Shown piece after piece: positions 31,461-40,209 of a stretch of DNA of 64,000 nt. The position numbers and the translations under genes were made by a program. The stretch lies in the sequence record MF044457, one strand, 5' to 3'. The notes under the pieces are model-generated. The model was not told the DNA's origin. It did not search any database and worked only from the letters and a program-made list of their open reading frames with translations. The DNA comes from Escherichia phage ST0. Numbering within the stretch: the first letter of the stretch is position 1; the number at the start of each line of letters is the position of its first letter.

Positions 31461-31736
31461 ATGTTCCCAACTTATTCTGAAATTGTAAAGGTAGTCTTCA
31501 GTCAGATTATTGCTAATAATATGTTTGAAGTGCTTGATAATGCAGCCGAACTCAGAGTTCATGCTCAACTAACTCATGTACTCAATGCTTTGCTCCCAGA
31601 CCAAGTAGATTCTATTGCTATTACTCTTCTCCCTGGGTCTGCACACGTCATAGTGGTATTTGATCTTGACGGCGATTTAGTTATCCAATGTGATATCAAT
31701 TTCGGTACACAAAAAATTGAATGCAAAGCAATTTAA
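31461..31736 (+). CDS. hypothetical protein (91 aa)
   Basis: ORF with SD GAGG. Confidence 0.4.
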   Translation: MFPTYSEIVKVVFSQIIANNMFEVLDNAAELRVHAQLTHVLNALLPDQVDSIAITLLPGSAHVIVVFDLDGDLVIQCDINFGTQKIECKAI

Positions 31737-31739
31737 TGG

Positions 31740-31769
31740 GTTTACAACATGGTGGAGTTGTGATACTAT
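31740..31769 (+). promoter_or_regulatory. early promoter (GTTTAC, 18 nt, TACTAT)
   Basis: Consensus elements immediately after the preceding stop codon. Confidence 0.5.
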
Positions 31770-31797
31770 AACTCTACCAACAAATGAGGAAATAGAA

Positions 31798-32034
31798 ATG
31801 CTAAGTGAAAACCCAATTACAGTACACGAATTTCAGATTAAAGTAAAAGAATTTGCTCAAGCACTCATCAATAAAGTGTCTGAACGTTTCCAAGATGCAA
31901 CATTACGAGTTATTCAAGAATCTCCACGTTCTTTTCTCATAATCGTTAATCCTAAAGATGGTGACCAAATTACTAATCTTAAATTAGGCAGTGATGGTCT
32001 TGTTGAAGCAACTCGAGTATATGGAACACTATAA
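31798..32034 (+). CDS. hypothetical protein (about 78 aa)
   Basis: Start placed at the ATG preceded by SD GAGGAA; the track ORF begins earlier at 31690. Confidence 0.4.
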   Translation: MLSENPITVHEFQIKVKEFAQALINKVSERFQDATLRVIQESPRSFLIIVNPKDGDQITNLKLGSDGLVEATRVYGTL

Positions 32035-32154
32035 TGAGAGCTATCTCATTACTATCGTGAATGCTCATAAATCTGAGCACTACCAACTTAGCCTGTCTAA
32101 TCCGGTTAAAGGTATTGTTGAATCAGAATCTGTTTATATCTCCTAAGGATTGTT

Positions 32155-33147
32155 ATGTTACCTGTCATCAGAAAACTTATTTCTCCAAAAGAACTGGCTG
32201 AGATTATTCCTTTGTCGGAAGCTTACGCATCACAAGTGGCTTCTCATCGCGAACAAGTTAATTCGATTATGAACGGTGAAGACCCACGCAAACTTATTGT
32301 TGTAGGTCCTTGTTCAATTCATGACCCTATTGCTGCTGTTGAATACGGCAAACGTCTGGCTGAACTTCAAACTCGTCTTCCTAATGTTCTGTTAGTGATG
32401 CGCGTTTATTTTGAAAAGCCTCGAACTACCGTAGGTTGGAAAGGTCTTGTAAATGATCCATATCTTGACGGAAGTTTTGATATGAACCACGGTCTTATAG
32501 TTGCACGAACATTGTGTCGTAAACTTCTACGTATGGGACTTCCATTAGCAACTGAAGTATTAGACCCATTCACGATTAAGTATCTTTCTGGTATTTTCTC
32601 ATGGGTTGCTATTGGCGCCCGTACGACTGAAAGTCAGACACATCGTGAAATTGCTTCAGGTCTACCGATGTGCGTAGGCTTCAAGAACGCAACCAATGGT
32701 TCTATTAAAGTAGCTACAGACGCGATGTATAGTGCCGCCTGGCCTCATCGGTATATGGGTATGGACGTCGATGGTACTGTAGGCATTGTTGAAGCTGAAG
32801 GTAATCAGAATACGCATATCGTATTGCGTGGCGGGACTAACGGCCCGAACTATCATTCTTCTGATATTCAAGAAGCTTCTAACAAAGCAAGTGCATTAGG
32901 TCTGAATCATTATGTAATGGTTGACTGTAGCCATGCAAACGCTGATGGGTATTATAGCAATCAAATTGGTATTGGTAAAAATTTAGCAGCTAATGATTTG
33001 GTCAAAGGAATTATGATAGAATCATTCCTACATGAAGGAAATCAAAAAATTTCTGATAATATGTCCTATGGCGTTTCCGTTACCGATGCGTGCATCAGTT
33101 GGGAACAAACTAAAGAGCTGTTAACTTATATTAATAAGGTTCAATAA
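32155..33147 (+). CDS. 3-deoxy-D-arabino-heptulosonate-7-phosphate (DAHP) synthase, class I (AroF/AroG/AroH family)
   Basis: 330 aa; conserved blocks VVGPCSIHDP, MRVYFEKPRTTVGWKGL.NDP, GARTTESQ.HRE.ASGL, VGFKN, HI.LRGG, DCSHAN, S.TDACI.W; SD AAGGA upstream; phage-like AT-rich codon usage. Confidence 0.88.
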   Translation: MLPVIRKLISPKELAEIIPLSEAYASQVASHREQVNSIMNGEDPRKLIVVGPCSIHDPIAAVEYGKRLAELQTRLPNVLLVMRVYFEKPRTTVGWKGLVNDPYLDGSFDMNHGLIVARTLCRKLLRMGLPLATEVLDPFTIKYLSGIFSWVAIGARTTESQTHREIASGLPMCVGFKNATNGSIKVATDAMYSAAWPHRYMGMDVDGTVGIVEAEGNQNTHIVLRGGTNGPNYHSSDIQEASNKASALGLNHYVMVDCSHANADGYYSNQIGIGKNLAANDLVKGIMIESFLHEGNQKISDNMSYGVSVTDACISWEQTKELLTYINKVQ

Positions 33148-33728
33148 TGAAAGCTAGCACATATCTTCAAATTGCTTATTTGATTTCTCAAGAATCAAAA
33201 TGTTGTTCATGGAAAGTTGGTGCCGTCATTGAAAAAGATGGACGCATTATCTCTACTGGATATAATGGCTCACCCGCAGGTGGCGTTAACTGTTGTGAAC
33301 ATGCATCCGAAAATGGTTGGTTGAAGAATAAACCAAGCCCGGTCATCGTTGCTGGACATAAAGAAGGCACTACAGCATTTGGACGGGCAGATAATTTTGT
33401 TTTGGCTAAAGAACATCGGGCCGCTCATAGTGCATGGTCTGCTAATAATGAAATCCATGCAGAATTGAATGCAATTTTGTTTGCAGCTCGTAAAGGTAAT
33501 TCTATTGAAGGTGCTACGTTATATACTACGCTTTCTCCATGTCCTGATTGCACTAAAGCTATTACGCAGTCAGGTATTAAAAAGGTTGTATACGCAGAAT
33601 TATACGATCGATCTCCTGAAAATTGGGCAGACATTCTAAAACAAGCCGGTATTGAAGTAATTCAGTACTCTCGTAATAATCTTCGTTCTCTGAATTGGGA
33701 ACAAATCCGAAACTTTTGTGGTGAATAA
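33147..33728 (+). CDS. cd: dCMP deaminase
   Basis: 193 aa as in T4; zinc-binding deaminase motifs (HAE...PCPDC); recalled T4 Cd similarity. Confidence 0.95.
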   Translation: MKASTYLQIAYLISQESKCCSWKVGAVIEKDGRIISTGYNGSPAGGVNCCEHASENGWLKNKPSPVIVAGHKEGTTAFGRADNFVLAKEHRAAHSAWSANNEIHAELNAILFAARKGNSIEGATLYTTLSPCPDCTKAITQSGIKKVVYAELYDRSPENWADILKQAGIEVIQYSRNNLRSLNWEQIRNFCGE

Positions 33729-34026
33729 TATGATTTTAACTGAACAAGAAACTATGGTTCTTCGTGAACGTATTAAAACTATTCTGTCTGTAGGCGTTCA
33801 TTGTGTTGTATTTGAAAAGGCTAACGGCGAGGTACGCACTATGTTTGCTTCGCGCGATGAACTTGAAGTCAAATATGAAAATAACAATCCAGCAACAGAA
33901 GTTCGTTATGAACCTCGTGAATCAGTTCGAGCATTCGATACCAAGTTAGGCCAGTGGCGTTCTTTCCGCCTTGATAAAGTAATTTCGGTTGATGGTACTC
34001 CGGCGGAACGTTTGCTTCTTATGTAA
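33718..34026 (+). CDS. hypothetical protein (102 aa), 31.x position
   Basis: ORF between cd and gene 31. Confidence 0.45.
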   Translation: MVNNMILTEQETMVLRERIKTILSVGVHCVVFEKANGEVRTMFASRDELEVKYENNNPATEVRYEPRESVRAFDTKLGQWRSFRLDKVISVDGTPAERLLLM

Positions 34027-34083
34027 TATGCTTTACGAATAGTATGGTATTATTAATCTATCGTCAAACAACAAGGAAATAAG

Positions 34084-34416
34084 ATGTCTGAAGTACAACT
34101 CCCAATTCGTGCTGTTGGTGAATATGTCATTCTGGTTTCTGAACCCGCTCAAGCAGGTGATGAAGAAGTTACAGAATCAGGACTTGTGATTGGTAAACGT
34201 GTTCAAGGTGAAGTTCCTGAACTATGTGTAGTTCATTCTGTAGGTCCTGATGTTCCTGAAGGTTTTGTTGAAGTCGGTGATTTGACTCCACTACCAGTTG
34301 GACAAATTCGAAATGTTCCACATCCATTTGTGGCTTTGGGACTTAAACAACCTAAAGAAATTAAACAGAAATTCGTAACATGCCACTATAAAGCTATTCC
34401 ATGTCTTTATAAGTGA
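34084..34416 (+). CDS. 31: co-chaperonin gp31 (GroES analogue for capsid protein folding)
   Basis: 110 aa; recalled near-identity to T4 gp31 over essentially the whole length. Confidence 0.96.
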   Translation: MSEVQLPIRAVGEYVILVSEPAQAGDEEVTESGLVIGKRVQGEVPELCVVHSVGPDVPEGFVEVGDLTPLPVGQIRNVPHPFVALGLKQPKEIKQKFVTCHYKAIPCLYK

Positions 34417-34424
34417 TATAAATA
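34417..34424 (+). promoter_or_regulatory. late promoter (TATAAATA) upstream of rIII
   Basis: Exact TATAAATA on the plus strand directly after the gene 31 stop. Confidence 0.5.
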
Positions 34425-34540
34425 ACTATATGAAGAGAACACTCTTCTAAGCGGTAGCCTACAACTGAGAGACTTGTCGAAAGAAAGTGAAATTCAGAAG
34501 AACGTGGCTACTAAATATTATCTCGAATTGAGAATTTAAA

Positions 34541-34789
34541 ATGATTAAACAATTACAACACGCTCTTGAACTGCAACGCAACGCATGGAATAACGGTCAC
34601 GAAAACTACGGTGCGTCAATTGATGTTGAAGCCGAAGCACTGGAAATCCTGCGTTATTTCAAACACCTGAATCCTGCTCAGGCTACTCTGGCTTCTGAAC
34701 TGGAAGCTAAAGATGAATTGAAATATGCTAAGCCTTTGGCTTCTGCAGCACGCAAAGCAGTTCGTCATTTTGTTATTACTTTGAAATAA
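34541..34789 (+). CDS. rIII: lysis inhibition accessory protein rIII
   Basis: 82 aa; recalled near-identity to T4 rIII. Confidence 0.95.
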   Translation: MIKQLQHALELQRNAWNNGHENYGASIDVEAEALEILRYFKHLNPAQATLASELEAKDELKYAKPLASAARKAVRHFVITLK

Positions 34790-34952
34790 TTGCTATCATG
34801 CGTCAGCAAAAGGTTAGCTGTGTAAGTCATGGTAGGTATGATGACGGGTTTATGGTTATCCTGTCGTTAAATACCCAAAACCTATGTTCCCGTTGAGGGC
34901 TTGCGCAGGCAATGTCAATAAGTCCTGCATTTTCATTTAAAGAGAATTTATA

Positions 34953-35132
34953 ATGGCAAAACAAGCTAAAGCAAAGAAAGCAGTTGAAAAGAAAGTTGAT
35001 GGTACCTCTAAACGCGCTGGATACAAGCGTGGGTCGAACTCTCGTATTAATCAAACAGTTGAGAAGATCATGCGCAGAGCACGTGCAGTTCTTCGAGATG
35101 ATGCTTCTCGATTTGGAAAGGTTGTTGCATAA
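34953..35132 (+). CDS. small highly basic protein (59 aa)
   Basis: ORF MAKQAKAKKAVEKK...; below the 60-aa track threshold; ends directly before a strong terminator; preceded by a 163-bp non-coding stretch. Confidence 0.4.
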   Translation: MAKQAKAKKAVEKKVDGTSKRAGYKRGSNSRINQTVEKIMRRARAVLRDDASRFGKVVA

Positions 35133-35137
35133 TTTTA

Positions 35138-35159
35138 GGGAGACTTCGGTCTCCCTTTT
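35138..35159 (+). terminator. rho-independent terminator
   Basis: GGGAGAC-TTCG-GTCTCCC hairpin followed by TTTT (same hairpin sequence as the gene 32 terminator). Confidence 0.75.
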
Positions 35160-35192
35160 GTGCGTTTAGGGCAGAAAAAGTTTAAAAAGATG

Positions 35193-35220
35193 TTTACTCT
35201 CCTGTAGGATGTGTTACTAT
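35193..35220 (+). promoter_or_regulatory. early promoter (GTTTAC, TACTAT)
   Basis: Consensus elements about 40 nt upstream of the ORF at 35263. Confidence 0.5.
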
Positions 35221-35262
35221 AGACTTGTACCACCTAATCAATAAAACAACCTGGAGAACAAA

Positions 35263-35631
35263 ATGAAAATCAATCTGAACTCATACATCAAATGTAAAGA
35301 CCACGATGGTTATAAAGCTATCGAAATTAAAGAATTCCAGTGGATGTTATACAAAGAGCAATTTGAGTTCGTAGGTTGTATGACCCCTGAAGGTCCTTCT
35401 GATGATTTCTCTTGGAAAATTGTGTTAGCAAACTTTTTCACAGGTGACACGTACGAATTAAAAACTATTATTACCGGTAAAATTCGTTCAGAAACATATG
35501 TTGACGAAGAAACTGGTTACTCTGAAGATGTTACATGGTATCAAAATGGACGCATTACAGCAGATAACCTGATCGAAAAAATGAAAGCCAAAGGTGTTTT
35601 AAATTTAGACAATTGGATTAAAGTTGCATAA
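35263..35631 (+). CDS. hypothetical protein (122 aa)
   Basis: ORF with SD GGAGAA; 30.x-type island. Confidence 0.5.
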   Translation: MKINLNSYIKCKDHDGYKAIEIKEFQWMLYKEQFEFVGCMTPEGPSDDFSWKIVLANFFTGDTYELKTIITGKIRSETYVDEETGYSEDVTWYQNGRITADNLIEKMKAKGVLNLDNWIKVA

Positions 35632-35635
35632 AACA

Positions 35636-35675
35636 GTTTACTTTGGTACAGGTTATGTTATTATAGACCTGTACC
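35636..35675 (+). promoter_or_regulatory. early promoter with 9-bp dyad symmetry (PeSL-like)
   Basis: GTTTAC 35636-35641, TATTAT 35659-35664, inverted repeat GGTACAGGT/ACCTGTACC bracketing the -10. Confidence 0.6.
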
Positions 35676-35705
35676 AATAAACAACTTAAACATCTGGAGA
35701 ATAAA

Positions 35706-36071
35706 ATGAACTACATCAACTTCGAACGCAAATATGTTTCTAACGGTATTGCTGGTTCTTCTGAAGTTATTTGCTTATGGAAACACGAAAACGGTACAGT
35801 TTGTGAAATCGAACAGTGCATGACTCCTAATTACGTTTATATGCGATTTGAAAATGGCATCACGGTTTCAATCACAATGGAAGGTTCCAACTTCAAAATT
35901 GCATTAGATGATGATTTCCGTCAACGTGATTTAGGTACTCATCCTTGCTGGAATGGTGTTAATCGTAAGCTTCTGGTTAAAACTTGGATTCGTCATATCC
36001 TGAGTAACCGAGCTAAACCTGAACATCTCGAAGCAATCTTTGATGTAGTTCTTAATGAATTCGATATCTAA
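35706..36071 (+). CDS. hypothetical protein (121 aa)
   Basis: ORF with SD GGAGAA. Confidence 0.5.
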   Translation: MNYINFERKYVSNGIAGSSEVICLWKHENGTVCEIEQCMTPNYVYMRFENGITVSITMEGSNFKIALDDDFRQRDLGTHPCWNGVNRKLLVKTWIRHILSNRAKPEHLEAIFDVVLNEFDI

Positions 36072-36077
36072 TTTAAC

Positions 36078-36095
36078 TGGGAGCTTCGGCTCCCA
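36078..36095 (+). terminator. stem-loop (weak terminator or RNA processing signal)
   Basis: TGGGAGC-TTCG-GCTCCCA hairpin with no downstream T-run. Confidence 0.35.
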
Positions 36096-36106
36096 CTGAG
36101 GAAATT

Positions 36107-36721
36107 ATGTTTAAAGTTAATACTTTTTATAAAATGAATTTTAAAAATGGGGATATTACTCCACGCCTTAAAAACATGTTCTCATATGATCTTATCGAGC
36201 CTTTTGAAGTTTTAGAAGTTACTGATGCCGGCTCGGTTTGTGAAATTAGAACGTCTGAAGGTAAAATTTATCAGGCTGGTGTTGGTAAATTCAGTAATTG
36301 TTTTACTTTAATATTCTCGACTGATTTAGATGAGCATTTTATTGAATGTCCTAACCCTAAGGTCCATGAAGTTCCACAACAAGAAACTAAGAAAAATGGC
36401 CCGCACGAATATACGAAGGTTGAAACTCCTCACGGCGTGATGTGGCGACATAACTCTCCTTTTGGAAGTAAAGGAACATTTGCTCAACTGGCTAAGCCCT
36501 ACGACGATGAAAAATATGTAGTAGTCCTTTTATCTGAACAGGGTACTCAAGACCGTGGATGCCAACGTTCCGGTTTATTGAGTGAACTCGAAGCTCATAA
36601 CCGAGCACGTGAATTCGTTGAGAAAAATCCTGGTTCTGAAGCTCTAGTCATGAAAGCAATTACTCAATATATCACTGCTCAACCTGTTGTTCATCCGGTA
36701 GAAATTAATTTCATTAAGTAG
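36107..36721 (+). CDS. hypothetical protein (204 aa)
   Basis: ORF with SD GAGGAA. Confidence 0.5.
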   Translation: MFKVNTFYKMNFKNGDITPRLKNMFSYDLIEPFEVLEVTDAGSVCEIRTSEGKIYQAGVGKFSNCFTLIFSTDLDEHFIECPNPKVHEVPQQETKKNGPHEYTKVETPHGVMWRHNSPFGSKGTFAQLAKPYDDEKYVVVLLSEQGTQDRGCQRSGLLSELEAHNRAREFVEKNPGSEALVMKAITQYITAQPVVHPVEINFIK

Positions 36722-36765
36722 TGTACATCCAAGGACGGATTAGAGTATAATGATTTCTTTAGTAA

Positions 36766-36975
36766 GTGGAAAAAAATATGAAATTTTTAATAGCACAAAC
36801 AGTCCAATTAAAAGGTGTTGGAATCCCTGGGGTGATTTTTAAAGTTCTCCCTGAATTTAAAACCGCCGCTGGAATTATCAATGAAGCGTATGCTGTTCAA
36901 TGGGTTGATTGGACTTCTGACATACGTATGGGTAAAGAGTTATCTCCTATTAAAGGGTTGAAACATGTTGAATAA
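36766..36975 (+). CDS. hypothetical protein (69 aa)
   Basis: Short ORF. Confidence 0.4.
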   Translation: MEKNMKFLIAQTVQLKGVGIPGVIFKVLPEFKTAAGIINEAYAVQWVDWTSDIRMGKELSPIKGLKHVE

Positions 36976-37177
36976 ATTAATCCAGAAATTGTTAGGCACG
37001 GAAATGGTCGAAGTTACTTATCGTGTGACTGACTGCTCGCCTATTCATCCACAGGATGAACCGTATATCAAGACAATTAAAATGCTTAAAAATGACGGTG
37101 GTTTATCCATTGAAGACCGTCTGCCTAGTTACGGTCATTGGGCTGATGTTGAAATTATAAGTGTTAAAGATGTCTGA
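36965..37177 (+). CDS. hypothetical protein (70 aa)
   Basis: Short ORF overlapping its neighbours. Confidence 0.4.
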   Translation: MLNKLIQKLLGTEMVEVTYRVTDCSPIHPQDEPYIKTIKMLKNDGGLSIEDRLPSYGHWADVEIISVKDV

Positions 37178-37628
37178 ATTAGAAATAAGAAGTAATTTCA
37201 AGTGGCCGTCATGTGCATTAAGTAACTTTGCTCAATGGCCTTTTGTTATGGATGGTATTCAATTCGGAGGTCTTGAAGGATTTCTCCAAGGATGTAAGGT
37301 GAAAAATGTTGAACAACAAAGACGTATATTTGGGCTGTCAGGTCTGGCCGCACAGCAAGCTGGAAGGTCTTATGCAAGAGCTCAGGACCGTGGGACTCTC
37401 TTCTGGTTAGGAGTTCCATTTTCAAGATACTCTGAAGCGTGGAAAGAATTATACACAAATGCATATTTTGAAGCCGCGATCCAAAACAAGGGGTTTCGCG
37501 ATGCCTTACAAGCCTCTAAAGGAAAAATTTTGAAGCACAGCATGGCCAGCCACCTAACAAAAGATGATACAATATTAACCGAAGCCGAATTTATTGATGT
37601 GTTAAACCTATTAAGAGACTCTTTATGA
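37161..37628 (+). CDS. NADAR (YbiA/DUF1768)-like protein
   Basis: 155 aa; N-terminal motif SNFAQWPF.MDG..F...EGFLQ..K resembles the YbiA-family signature (SNFA.WP...DG); motif-level assignment only. Confidence 0.5.
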   Translation: MLKMSELEIRSNFKWPSCALSNFAQWPFVMDGIQFGGLEGFLQGCKVKNVEQQRRIFGLSGLAAQQAGRSYARAQDRGTLFWLGVPFSRYSEAWKELYTNAYFEAAIQNKGFRDALQASKGKILKHSMASHLTKDDTILTEAEFIDVLNLLRDSL

Positions 37629-38440
37629 AGCCTACTATTTTGACTGATATTGATGGTGTATGTTTAAGCTGGCAATCTGGACTTCCTTATTTTGCCCAAA
37701 AATATAATCTTCCATTAGAACATATTTTAAAAATGATTCAGGACGAAAAATTTATTTCTCCTGGTAAACTGTTCAATACCGACGATAACCTTGGTAAACA
37801 ATTAATAGAAAAATATAATAGCTCTGATTTTATTCGTTACTTAGCGCCTTATTCGGATGCTCTTCGAGTTATCAATAAACTAAAAGAAGACTATAATTTT
37901 GTAGCCGTGACGGCGCTAGGTGATTCAATTGATGCTCGATTGAATAGACAATTTAATTTGAATGCTTTGTTCCCAGGCGCTTTCTCTGAAGTAATGATGT
38001 GTGGTCATGATTCTTCAAAGGAACAATTATTTGAACTAGCTAAAACAAAATATAACGTGATTTGTTACGTTGACGATTTAGCTCATCACTGTGACCATGC
38101 AGCAGAAATTCTTAATGTACCGATTTATTGGTTGGCTCGTGGTGAACGTGATGCCATTCCTCGTACTGCACAACGTGTACACACGTGGGATGATATTGAA
38201 TCTCGATTGGTTCCGCCAGAGCATAATTCAGATTCAGATCGTGAAGACCTTTTAAAACGATTGGCAGATTTGCTTAAAGAATCTGGTGCAACAAGTCCAG
38301 GTGCATGGCCTAATCAAATTGGCACTCCGTCGAATCCGTATACCTGGCGAAACCAAGGACCAACCGATATGCAGCCATGGTGGACGATTCAAAACTTTCC
38401 TTTAGATTCGTCCAAATGGACTTGGTCTATAAATTGTTAA
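37625..38440 (+). CDS. HAD-superfamily hydrolase-like protein (possible nucleotidase/phosphatase)
   Basis: 271 aa; N-terminal HAD motif I (ILTDIDGV) and a later acidic DD motif (YVDDLAHH); ATGA-coupled to the NADAR-like gene. Confidence 0.5.
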   Translation: MKPTILTDIDGVCLSWQSGLPYFAQKYNLPLEHILKMIQDEKFISPGKLFNTDDNLGKQLIEKYNSSDFIRYLAPYSDALRVINKLKEDYNFVAVTALGDSIDARLNRQFNLNALFPGAFSEVMMCGHDSSKEQLFELAKTKYNVICYVDDLAHHCDHAAEILNVPIYWLARGERDAIPRTAQRVHTWDDIESRLVPPEHNSDSDREDLLKRLADLLKESGATSPGAWPNQIGTPSNPYTWRNQGPTDMQPWWTIQNFPLDSSKWTWSINC

Positions 38441-38449
38441 GGGTTAATT

Positions 38450-38719
38450 ATGTTTGTAGTTCATGATATTACAGATGGCAAAAACACAACGCGTGACTAC
38501 GGTCACGTTAACATGTTCTTTAGAGACTGGCCAATGTTTCGTTCAGTAAAAGACGCAGAAATATTTAAAGAGTGTGTTGAACAAGGGTTCATCTACATTT
38601 CAGAATATTATGTTGAAGGACTCGGTAAATGGATTACCACTTATCAGAAAACGCTGAAATCGCTTCTAGATGAAGTGGCTTATAATAGAACCGTAACCAA
38701 AATCGAGGATATCAAATGA
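38450..38719 (+). CDS. hypothetical protein (89 aa), 30.1 position
   Basis: ORF directly upstream of and overlapping the ligase start. Confidence 0.45.
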   Translation: MFVVHDITDGKNTTRDYGHVNMFFRDWPMFRSVKDAEIFKECVEQGFIYISEYYVEGLGKWITTYQKTLKSLLDEVAYNRTVTKIEDIK

Positions 38720-40209
38720 TTTTAGATATTTTAAACCAAATAGCTGCGATCGGTTCTACTAAAACAAAACAGGAAATCCTTAAGAAAAATAAGGACAACA
38801 AATTACTTGAACGTGTATATCGTTTAACGTATGCACGTGGCATTCAGTATTATATTAAGAAATGGCCGGGGCCAGGTGAAAGGTCTCAAGCGTATGGCCT
38901 TCTTGAATTAGATGACATGTTGGATTTTATTGAGTTCACATTGGCCACTCGTAAACTCACTGGTAATGCAGCAATTAAAGAGCTCATGGGTTATATCGCC
39001 GACGGTAAACCTGATGATGTTGAAGTACTACGCCGTGTAATGATGCGAGACCTTGAAGTAGGTGCTTCAGTGTCTATCGCGAATAAGGTATGGCCTGGAC
39101 TTATTCAATTGCAACCACAGATGTTAGCATCTGCATATGATGAGAAATTGATTACTAAAAATATTAAATGGCCTGCATTTGCTCAATTAAAAGCCGATGG
39201 TGCTCGTTGTTTCGCTGAAGTTCGCGATGATGGTGTTCAATTCTTTTCTCGCGCTGGTAATGAATACCATGGTCTTACTCTATTAGCGGATGAACTAATG
39301 GAAATGACTAAAGAAGCTCGTGAAAGACACCCTAATGGGGTTTTAATCGACGGCGAATTAGTTTATCATTCATTTGATATTAAAAAGGCCGTGAGCTCAG
39401 GAAATGACCTGTCGTTCTTATTTGGTGATAATGAAGAATCCGAAGAAGTACAGGTTGCAGACCGTAGCACTTCAAATGGTTTAGCAAATAAATCTCTTCA
39501 AGGGACTATTTCTCCTAAAGAAGCGGAAGGTATGGTTCTTCAAGCCTGGGACTATGTTCCTTTAGATGAAGTCTATTCTGATGGCAAAATTAAAGGTCAG
39601 AAATACGATGTTCGTTTTGCTGCTCTTGAAAATATGGCTGAAGGCTTTAAACGAATTGAACCTATCGAAAACCAGTTAGTTCGTAATCTTGACGAAGCTA
39701 AAGTGGTTTATAAAAAATATGTTGACCAAGGCCTTGAAGGTATTATCCTTAAAAACCGTGATTCATATTGGGAAAACAAACGCTCTAAGAACCTAATTAA
39801 ATTTAAAGAAGTTATTGATATCGCTTTAGAAGTTGTAGGATACTATGAACACTCTAAAGACCCTAACAAATTAGGTGGTGTCGAACTCGTATCACGTTGT
39901 CGTCGTATTACAACCGATTGTGGTTCAGGGTTTAAAGATACAACTCATAAAACAGTTGACGGTGTAAAGGTTCTTATTCCTTTAGACGAGCGTCATGATT
40001 TAGACCGTGAACGATTAATGACAGAAGCCCGTGAAGGTAAATTAATTGGACGTATTGCTGATTGTGAATGTAATGGTTGGGTTCATTCTAAAGGACGTGA
40101 AGGCACTGTAGGTATTTTCCTTCCAATTATTAAAGGGTTCCGTTTTGATAAAACAGAAGCGGATTCGTTTGAAGACGTATTTGGACCGTGGTCCCAGACA
40201 GGTTTATAA
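38716..40209 (+). CDS. 30: ATP-dependent DNA ligase gp30
   Basis: 497 aa; adenylation motif KADGARC; size and synteny as T4 gp30 (487 aa). Confidence 0.93.
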   Translation: MILDILNQIAAIGSTKTKQEILKKNKDNKLLERVYRLTYARGIQYYIKKWPGPGERSQAYGLLELDDMLDFIEFTLATRKLTGNAAIKELMGYIADGKPDDVEVLRRVMMRDLEVGASVSIANKVWPGLIQLQPQMLASAYDEKLITKNIKWPAFAQLKADGARCFAEVRDDGVQFFSRAGNEYHGLTLLADELMEMTKEARERHPNGVLIDGELVYHSFDIKKAVSSGNDLSFLFGDNEESEEVQVADRSTSNGLANKSLQGTISPKEAEGMVLQAWDYVPLDEVYSDGKIKGQKYDVRFAALENMAEGFKRIEPIENQLVRNLDEAKVVYKKYVDQGLEGIILKNRDSYWENKRSKNLIKFKEVIDIALEVVGYYEHSKDPNKLGGVELVSRCRRITTDCGSGFKDTTHKTVDGVKVLIPLDERHDLDRERLMTEAREGKLIGRIADCECNGWVHSKGREGTVGIFLPIIKGFRFDKTEADSFEDVFGPWSQTGL

